From positions 558,001-622,000 of the forward strand of contig CBFFSA010000007.1 of the NCBI GenBank assembly GCA_965644495.1: a stretch of DNA of 64,000 bases, read 5' to 3'. Of this stretch, positions 55,913 through 64,000 are shown piece after piece. Position numbers and translations under genes: made by a program. The stretch's first letter is position 1, and each line of letters starts with the position of its first letter. The notes below the pieces were generated by a model, which worked only from the letters and a program-made list of their open reading frames with translations, was not told the DNA's origin and ran no database searches. The DNA comes from Perkinsela sp. CCAP 1560/9. Lineage: Eukaryota > Protista > Euglenozoa: Kinetoplastea.

Positions 55913-56932
55913 ATGGAAGAAACTGTGGCTCAAAAGCTACTCCGTCAAGTCGAGTTCTACTTCTCCGATGTCAATCTCACCCGCGACGCATTCTTCAAGG
56001 AACGCATTGCGGAGAATCGATTTGGATACGTACCGCTTTCTGTGATCCTGAAATGTAAAAAGATCGCCGAACACACACAGGAAATCAGCGTCCTTGCCGA
56101 TGCTTTAAAGGACAGTACCGAGCTTGCGGTGAACGAGGCAAAGGACGCAGTGAAGCGCGTGAATCCCATGCCGGTGTCTCTTGATTTCACTCCACAGACC
56201 ATTATTATTTTTCCTATTGTCGATGAGCTCACCCAGGAGAAAATTTCGGATGCCACGCAGCGACTGGTTCCTGAAGCAAAAATTGTGGCAGTGTGGCGAA
56301 AACAAAAACGAGATCCCACCACTGCATTTCTGGTGAACATGGCAGAAGTTATACTTCAAGATGCCGAGACCGTCGAGGAGCTTTTAAAGAAAATTGAGGC
56401 AGGGGAGGAATTTCTCACGCTCTCCTCTACGGAGGACAAAGAACCCGTGCCCACCCCCAAGGTGATGCGAAAGACAACGTTTGAAGAACTTAAGAGTAAG
56501 TTGGTCGGTGGTTTGCAGAAGAAAAAGAAGAGGGGCGTAGCACCGAGTGTTACAATAGACGATATTCGGGGATGTGTTTGTTTGCTCTCCGCTTCCATGC
56601 CGCTGGGTGCCATCCGGACAATCAAAGCAAAGCTTTCTGATGAGCTGAAGGAAAAACTTGTTTATGTACACGTGCTGGAGGGGGTAAAGGATAAAATGTA
56701 CATCGTTGCGGCAGATAAAGAAGCTTTACAACAAATGCAAAGCGTGTACTCGAAATGTACGATCCCTAAGGAGGGAGATGATGAAAAGGAAAGCCCAGAG
56801 ACCTTAAAAGTATCTGTAGAGGATGATGAAAAGCTTTTAACTGAAATAGTCGAGGCCCTTGCTAAACGGTCGCAATATCTGAAAAAGAGTGGTTCTCAAG
56901 GTAAATATCAGCAAAAACGAAAACGTCAGTAA
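55913..56932 (+). CDS. La protein (La motif plus degenerate RRMs, C-terminal basic NLS)
   Basis: RQVEFYFSDVNL.RDAF, GYVPLSV, terminal KRKR. Confidence 0.88.
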   Translation: MEETVAQKLLRQVEFYFSDVNLTRDAFFKERIAENRFGYVPLSVILKCKKIAEHTQEISVLADALKDSTELAVNEAKDAVKRVNPMPVSLDFTPQTIIIFPIVDELTQEKISDATQRLVPEAKIVAVWRKQKRDPTTAFLVNMAEVILQDAETVEELLKKIEAGEEFLTLSSTEDKEPVPTPKVMRKTTFEELKSKLVGGLQKKKKRGVAPSVTIDDIRGCVCLLSASMPLGAIRTIKAKLSDELKEKLVYVHVLEGVKDKMYIVAADKEALQQMQSVYSKCTIPKEGDDEKESPETLKVSVEDDEKLLTEIVEALAKRSQYLKKSGSQGKYQQKRKRQ

Positions 56933-57480
56933 TGATCTAAATTATGTTATGATGCGTTCAGTTTTTCTTCTGAAACTGAAAATGTGTTAGATTTATTGCA
57001 CGCCCCCAGCTGATTGACCCTTTTGCAGCAAAAGACGTTCCTAACAAGTGCGCTAAAACGGAGCACTCAGAAACTTCAGTGGACAGCGTTGAAATTGTTT
57101 CGATAAGAAAAAAATACAAGACTTTCATACAAACGTAATATTGTATGAACTAGAGTTTTTTTTATGAATTGTTAATTTTTATTACAAGTAATTTTGGGCG
57201 TTGATCGAATGTATCACTATCCTTAACAATCTACATTAGTTCTTTACGCTCTAGAATTCGAATGGATACACGTTGCCAAATTGTTTTAGATTATTCTGAG
57301 TCGCGAACTTTTTTATTTCTATATTTTCTTTTTTTATAAAAAGGCTCGAACTGACTCACGATTTTTGCTGCGCGTCTACTCTTAACGTACCGCCAATTCC
57401 TGCGGCGTCGTCCGAAAGTTACAAAGTCTGGACCGCAAACGTCGACATCCCTTCTCAATGTCATTTTTTCACATGAACTT

Positions 57481-58554
57481 TTGAAATACACTCCAGAATG
57501 TTTTTCTGCATATACTAGATATGTGATCCGAATACGGAAGCCCACTGATTTCAGCCGCTTGGGACTTCTTTCAAACGTTAATCTTTCAACGTCCCCTGAA
57601 GAATGTTCTTCTACCCCATATATTGATACTTCTACTGACGATCCGTCTTTCTACACATACGAAGGTCCGTATTGTGTGTCAAGCTGTGAAGCTCGTATGC
57701 GGGCTTCCAATGAATTTCTTACGTACGTGATGCGCAATATTTCATATTTTCTCCCTGTAGCAGAAAGTCTCTGTCGGAGATGGCACTGCAGCGCAATATT
57801 GTCTGAGGAATCTACTGCATGTGATGATCTTGCAAAGTACATGCACGATATATCTCCCAGAGCTGCGATTGCGTATAAATGTGAGGAAGTCATCGCTCAC
57901 ACTTTGTACATAGCAAAATGCTGTGTGGCGGGCAAAATACATTTTGGAGATCTCCGGTTTTCTGTTTCGGATGCTCGGGCCTCGGCCGCTCTGAACACTC
58001 TTTTACGAGCTGAGTGCTACTCTGGTGAATACGCTGAACGTCGCATTCCGTGCTTTACGCCTTCTATTTCCCTTCCTAGTGCGGATGAGAGTACTGAGAA
58101 AATTTATTCGATACAAAAAACATTCCGTATCACAAATTTATGGCGTCGTACTTGGGACGGTCACTTTAACAAGAACACCATAGAATACTCATGTTTGATT
58201 CTAAAACAAAGGATTTTTCTATCTTTAACAAAAGACACTAAAGATTGTCCGCTAATTTTGTCTCAGTTTTTATCAAGGAAGGAAATCTGCTGTATTTTGC
58301 GAGGTTTACCTACTATTGATTACGAAATAGAAATGTGTGGGCCTAATTATAGCGCAACATGTAACATACGAATACCGCGCGGGAAATTACTGTCTTCAAT
58401 TGGGGACATCGGTCGTAGAAAGGTTGAAGCTCAGCGCAACGCCGCCTTCTCGGCCCTACAGGATATTTTAAATTTCCCTGAGATGTACGGTTTACACGCT
58501 CTTGTATTAGGCGAAAGATATTCTTTGGACGAATTCGAACACGTAGGAGTATGA
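57481..58554 (+). CDS. Hypothetical protein with C-terminal dsRNA-binding-like motif
   Basis: YSATCNI...GDIGRRKVEAQRNAAFSAL resembles the dsRBD final helix; start uncertain. Confidence 0.55.
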   Translation: MKYTPECFSAYTRYVIRIRKPTDFSRLGLLSNVNLSTSPEECSSTPYIDTSTDDPSFYTYEGPYCVSSCEARMRASNEFLTYVMRNISYFLPVAESLCRRWHCSAILSEESTACDDLAKYMHDISPRAAIAYKCEEVIAHTLYIAKCCVAGKIHFGDLRFSVSDARASAALNTLLRAECYSGEYAERRIPCFTPSISLPSADESTEKIYSIQKTFRITNLWRRTWDGHFNKNTIEYSCLILKQRIFLSLTKDTKDCPLILSQFLSRKEICCILRGLPTIDYEIEMCGPNYSATCNIRIPRGKLLSSIGDIGRRKVEAQRNAAFSALQDILNFPEMYGLHALVLGERYSLDEFEHVGV

Positions 58555-59053
58555 ACTGTATACACAAAACAATGCTACTTTTTTATTCGAATTATTTTTT
58601 AATGTATTCTACGCTTAAACCTCTGGACATCATCAAAAGAATACTATTACGTAGTGTAAATATCGCAAGACTTTGTTGATCTCATAAAAAATGTTTTTCT
58701 TGGATTATTTTTTTGTTTTCTTTTTAGGTCATCTTCAACTTGACACGCTTTTGTACTGTTTCCAAATTAATCATTTTATGATGGACATCTACGTTTACAT
58801 TCACACATATGTACATCTACATTAGATCCAGGCTATTAGTCCAGGCTATTAGATGTCCATCCAGGGTATTACTTGTTCTTTTAACTTACCAGCACTTTTT
58901 CTTGCTCCGATGAGCGGTATACAGAATTTTAGCTGCAGATGATGTGGTCTATATTGTAGTCGTTCGATAGTTTCGGAAATTTTCATATTTTTCTTTATTG
59001 AGGGAGATACTATTCCCTCGCTGTCCTATATGAATAGATTTTGGTCTATATTA

Positions 59054-61771
59054 CTCCCCCTCTCATTAATTGATTATAATTATAATTATTAATAATTATA
59101 ATTAATAATTATTAATATAAATATTTTATATATTTTATTTATTATTATTAATTAATAATAATTAATAATTATAGACCTCTAAAACTCATTAAAGAGTTCG
59201 TTTATAGAAATTTAATGAGATTATAATTCTGAGTTGCACTTCTACAATTATAAACCTCAAATTCTTCATTTTTTATCTAGAAAGACACCTGTACGACATA
59301 CTTTGCACTAAAAATTGCTTCAAAGTTGAACGAAGTGTCTCGAAAATCAAGAATTTGAAGTCCATAATAAGAAAAAATCACTTATCGAATCTCATTAATA
59401 ATCATAAACTATAATTATTAAAGAGTGTAAACTATAATTAGAGTGTAAACTATAATTATTGAAGAGTGTGCTAACGGTTCACCTACCTCGGCGCTTAAGC
59501 GCGCTGGGGAACTGGTTAGAGCGGGCGCTTTCTCCAGAGCAGCGAAAATACTCGAAGCCCCTTTGGATCCCCCCGCTAACCCTTCCGCGGCCTTAGACCA
59601 AGCAAGACGCCTCCATCCGACCGGGGGCCCATATACCTCCGGCATGTATCGCTACGACCAAGATGTCCACGGGGCGCTCCCGTCCCCGGCGGATGTGGCC
59701 CGGAAGGTCCGAGGCTTGGCTCCGCTTCGTGCCCCGGGACCGTCCGGGTGGACCAAGGAGCTACTGGCCCCGGCCCTTATGGAGGATGATCCCCGGGAAT
59801 GTGTGACGTGGATTGTCCACGGTATCATTACGAACACCCTCCCTAACTCCATGAGGGAGATACTAACGGGGGCCACCCTTAAACTGTTTTCCAAACCGGG
59901 TGCCCCAGCGGGGCATCACTCGACCTATCGACCAATTGCCATGGGCGAAGTGTTCCTGAAGCTGGCGGGACTCCTCGCCCTTGAAAGGGTGCGCGAACAC
60001 CTCCCAACCGTCTTCCAAGGGCTCCAATTCGGGGCCCAATACACCCAAGGGTGTGAACACATCGTGTACGAGGTGCGCGATCACTTCCGAGACAGGCCCG
60101 ACGAGGATATTGTCGCGGCGGACCTCGAGAATGCCTTAACAGCATCTCGAAGTCAGCTATTTTCAGGGCTATACGGGGGAACCCCAAACTTCTCCCCCTC
60201 GAGGGCATTACCCTTTTCGGATACGGGAAACCCAGCGCTCTTCATCTGGGCGAGGGCAATGTCCTCATGGGCACCAGGGGGGTCAAACAGGGAGACCCGC
60301 TCGCCCCTATCCTGTTCGCGATCGGGATACAGGGGGTCATCTCTCGAGTGGCGGCCAAATTCCCCAGCTCCTTGAAATTATGGGCTTACCTCGATGACGT
60401 CACCCTTGCTGGGGAGCCCAAGGTGTGCGGGGAGGCCCTCGATGCCCTCCGAAATCAAAGGTTGAAGCTAAACGCTGCCAAGAGTAAGGTCGCCACCCGC
60501 GGGGGTGACCTATACTTGGCTTTCAAAGGTACCAGAATGGTGCACTCCCCGGGCGGGGTTAAGCTCCTTGGAGCTTATATTGGAGCTTCGGAGTCGGTTG
60601 AGGAGGAATGGGTGTTCTCCAAGGTACCCAAAGTGGCCTCCTTCCTGGGGAAACTGAAGGACCTCCCCAGGCAATGCGCCTTACCCCTCCTGCGGCTATG
60701 CGGCAGCCCGCGCTGGAATTATATTGTGCGGACGCACGAACCCCTGGTCACCAAGATGGCCAATAAACAAATTGACTGTGCCATCAAGGCGTGCTCTGAA
60801 GCCTTACTCGGAGGGATGGACCCCCTTGAAAAGTCGCCGTTCTCAAATCCCCTTTTTACGGCGGACTTCCTAGGAACCATTCCTTTCGAGCACAAAGGTG
60901 AGGGGCAAAGCCACACATGCAGGGCAAAGCCAAAAACGCCCTCCAAGGCCTCACTCAGGGTACGCCAGCCAAGGAGCTGAGACGCAGCTTCTGTGAGGCG
61001 GCCATCCAGAAGGCCCCCTCGGCCACCCATTTGGTCTGTGTGAGACAGATTCAAAACATCCACTCTACCAAATGGATGAATGCGTGGTGGAACAGGCCGG
61101 AATACTACATGCGGGACACCCGAGTGGGAAACAGCGGCCCGCCTTCGGTACTTGGTCTCCCCGACCTCCGAACCTGAACTACAGTGCGTGTACGGCGCCA
61201 CCCTCAGGAACGAGGATTTTTGCATCCACGCGCTGGACTGCAAGAAGGTCAGGGGCAAGACCCAAGCCTCTCGACATAAAGTAGTTAAGGAAACCTTCCG
61301 AGACCTCCTAATCAACTATGGTTTCTCCCCAGACCTTTGCGAACCCAGGTTCGACAACGGTCGAGGCCCTGACATATGCTTCCAACTGGGCTGGAAGCTC
61401 GCCGTTGTGGACGTCACCGTGGTCAACCCACTGGCCCCGTCCTACGTAGATAAGGAGGCCGCCCATCCCTCTTATACACTGAGGATGGCGGAAGGCAACA
61501 AGCGCCGCGCCCATGACGAGATGGCGGCCGCCAGATGGATTTTTTCCCCCTGGCCTTCACCACCTATGGCGTGCCTGGCCCCAGAAGGCATCTATGGGGT
61601 GCCTTGCCATCCAGAAGGGCAATGCCCAGATAGTGCAAGCGGCGGTACAGGATTGGTACCGTCGCGGGGTGCGCTAACTGGGGTAGGAGCGGGGGTGAAA
61701 ATATAATTACGCATCATAGATTATTCAATTATAGTTATAAACTAAAGTGCTCTTATTTATGAGAGGGGGAG
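59054..61771. mobile_element. AT-rich TA-flanked MITE hosting the retrotransposon
   Basis: TA-CTCCCCCTCTCAT (59054-59066) and ATGAGAGGGGGAG-TA (61759-61771), perfect 13-bp TIR. Confidence 0.75.
59461..61707 (+). mobile_element. CRE-clade non-LTR retrotransposon (RT plus REL endonuclease), 5'-truncated and frameshifted
   Basis: APGPSGW, YRPIAMGE, LQFG, ADLENA, GVKQGDPLAP.LF, AYLDDV, then zinc knuckle, RH..V, PD...VDVTV across several frames. Confidence 0.92.
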
Positions 61772-62196
61772 TATTTTTTAGGGGGGCTAATAGAATTTTA
61801 CGTAGACTCCCGAGTACGATATAGTAGAAAGATTTTTTTAACTAAAGGGAATTTTAGTACACTTTGTATTAATATCTCAGAATAATCTCACTTCGTAGTA
61901 ATATCTCATTTTACATGCAATCTTGCATTGAAAATATCACACTCATTTTTCGAAAAATATTCTTTTATCCAGGTAATAATTCGTAAGCTGCGTAGGATCA
62001 TACTTTAGCAAACGATATACGACCGTTCAACTAATTCTTATTTCCACTAATGTTAGGTAAGCTATGGGTAAGCCGATGAAGCATTTCCCTTTACCGTCAC
62101 CAAGCAAAGCGAAACGACATTACTACTTCTGCTCCATGCAAGTACAGTGAGCCACTACACATTTTCTAAACTGATCTCCACAAAAGCACAAGCAAA

Positions 62197-64000
62197 ATGT
62201 TCTTTTCCCGACCACGAAGCCTTTTCATGTCCGGATTCTGCAAAGCCTATGACGAGTTCCGCGAGCGCTACGCTCGTTTCGAACTCGCCCGTAAATCCGA
62301 GAACCCCATCTCCTTCAAAGAGGCCATGACGGAGGACCTTAAAAAATCCCGCCACCCCAAACCCAAACGTGTCCGCACCGAGGAGCTCCTCATCACCACC
62401 ACCGCCTCCCACATCGAGGCCGGTGGGGAGGTCTCCGAACAGGCCGTCCGCGACCAAACCCCCGCCTCCTTGGTCGCCGGAGGCCAGGCCACACTCCAAA
62501 AAGGCGCTCCTCTCCCCCAACTCCCCTATCTCACCAAGGAGTTCCTCCTGGAGGCCTCCACCCCCGGCGGGGAGCCCGATGTTTGTATGATCTGCAACCA
62601 CTCCCTTCCCCTCAGCTGGGCGAACCACATCCACACCCCCCAGCACCGTATCACCGCCTCGACCTTTACGATTCTGCTCAACCGACACCGCGGCCAGGAC
62701 GTGGACCAAATCTTTCGTGCCTTCACGGGTTCCGCGCTGCTCCACCCCGCGGGGTACTACGTGTGCCCCGAGCTGGTCGGGCAGATTGGGAGCGTAGCGG
62801 ATATGGCCATGAAACTCCGTAGCGTGCTGTCCTATTTAAGGCGGGAGAGGGTACTGCAGTACTCGATGAGTTTGGTCGGGATGCGAGCGTGTTTTGAGCA
62901 AATGGAGCGGCTGGGGGATTTGGTGCTGACCCCGATTATTAGTGATGTGTTGGGGTCGATTTTTGATGTGGATACGGAGTATAATTTAATGCCGATTCTG
63001 GCGCCTGGGTTGTCGAATTCGCAGACACATTATGGGTCGATTACGGATGCGTATTTTACGTCGAATTTGCATTTAGAGTACGCGTTTGACCGGCTTGATT
63101 TAAGTGAAATCACAGAGATATCCTGCGACTCCAGCCGGTTGGAGGGAAAGGGTAAGGCGGATGTTATGGAGGCCATTCTGGGTGAGCTTCAGCTCTTCCT
63201 GTGGGCTTGTGAGGCTGATCCGGTATTTGGGGACTGGTCCCAGAGACAGTATGTTGAGGCACATCACCATCCGCTTATTACTTTGGCCGAACATGCTAAG
63301 AATGTATTAGTCGGACTGGTGGTGCTGGTTTTCATGCGTGTCGTCATCGAAAACTGCGTCCCTATGATGCGAAAATACGAAGAAACGATAGAAAAGCACT
63401 CCAATATGGCCTTGCGGAGGATTCCGAAGTTGGCGACATGTGAATCATACGTTCGCCGTGAATTTCGTCCTGTAATATGCTTAGCTCCACACAGGCCACC
63501 GCAGGAAAGAAAAAATGGTTTTTTAAACATGGCTTCAGCAAAGGACGATTGCTCAACTACCTTCCCTAATGTTGACGTAAATAGATGTTCCTTATTTCGT
63601 CCGAGTTCTTGCGCTGGTTATCAACTGGAAAAGTACGTGTCCTGTTCTGAAGGATACTCCACAAAAGAGTTTTCTCACACAATTGGAAAGGAAAAGAAAT
63701 TTCAAAATTGCAGCCAGAAGATTGCCATGCAGAACGTCATACAGTCGCATCTTCTTTTTGCTGATTACAAACACTCACCCGCAAAATCCACTAATGATAC
63801 AGATGGTTCTTCTAAAGGAGACCGAAAGTCACCCACATTTTCGGAAGGTTCTTCAAACTCCAATCCGACAACTGAGAAAATACACTCCGCACGTCCGCTC
63901 TCCGAGACAGAAATTTTATTACCCAAAGATACGGTTTCACAGGTTTCACTTGACGTAATAAGACATAAGGAATTTTTGGATGGTCAAGCAGCGAGGCGAA
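62197..64000 (+). CDS. KREN-type mitochondrial RNA-editing endonuclease (U1-like zinc finger plus RNase III), 3'-partial
   Basis: Own translation, open to the window end: MFFSRPRSLF presequence-like start, CMIC...W.NHIHTPQH finger, FEQMERLGD and KGKADVMEAILGEL RNase III motifs. Confidence 0.85.
   Translation, partial: MFFSRPRSLFMSGFCKAYDEFRERYARFELARKSENPISFKEAMTEDLKKSRHPKPKRVRTEELLITTTASHIEAGGEVSEQAVRDQTPASLVAGGQATLQKGAPLPQLPYLTKEFLLEASTPGGEPDVCMICNHSLPLSWANHIHTPQHRITASTFTILLNRHRGQDVDQIFRAFTGSALLHPAGYYVCPELVGQIGSVADMAMKLRSVLSYLRRERVLQYSMSLVGMRACFEQMERLGDLVLTPIISDVLGSIFDVDTEYNLMPILAPGLSNSQTHYGSITDAYFTSNLHLEYAFDRLDLSEITEISCDSSRLEGKGKADVMEAILGELQLFLWACEADPVFGDWSQRQYVEAHHHPLITLAEHAKNVLVGLVVLVFMRVVIENCVPMMRKYEETIEKHSNMALRRIPKLATCESYVRREFRPVICLAPHRPPQERKNGFLNMASAKDDCSTTFPNVDVNRCSLFRPSSCAGYQLEKYVSCSEGYSTKEFSHTIGKEKKFQNCSQKIAMQNVIQSHLLFADYKHSPAKSTNDTDGSSKGDRKSPTFSEGSSNSNPTTEKIHSARPLSETEILLPKDTVSQVSLDVIRHKEFLDGQAARR

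Noticed and set aside
1-64000. Stop-codon reassignment (Blastocrithidia-like code)
   Set aside because: TAA, TAG and TGA each terminate conserved genes at expected ends; in-frame stops occur only in decayed TEs and one BTB gene.

Overview
Eukaryotic nuclear DNA that looks kinetoplastid. About 27 intronless protein genes all lie on the + strand, as in one polycistronic cluster. They include a KREN-type U1-zinc-finger/RNase III RNA-editing endonuclease (missed by the ORF track because it runs off the window), a Tc38-like protein, class I fumarase, PEX12 and a dispersed LRR family resembling that of Perkinsela-type prokinetoplastids (taxon is inference). Intergenic DNA is full of class II transposon remnants (pogo, Tc1, hAT/BED, many TA-flanked MITEs, several nested insertions) plus two copies of a CRE-clade non-LTR retrotransposon. 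The most unusual signals are: (1) about nine 0.5-1.4 kb GC-rich islands in which the + strand flips from C-rich to G-rich around a centre point, inside conserved genes, rewriting codon usage and amino-acid composition and co-occurring with repeat expansions; (2) a ~385-nt highly structured non-coding element with a thrice-repeated internal-loop module and an ingi/L1Tc-ribozyme-like motif, just upstream of a CRE 3' tail; (3) a proteasome alpha subunit with a ~140-aa repeat-derived insertion. All calls are by eye; no searches or folding computations were run.
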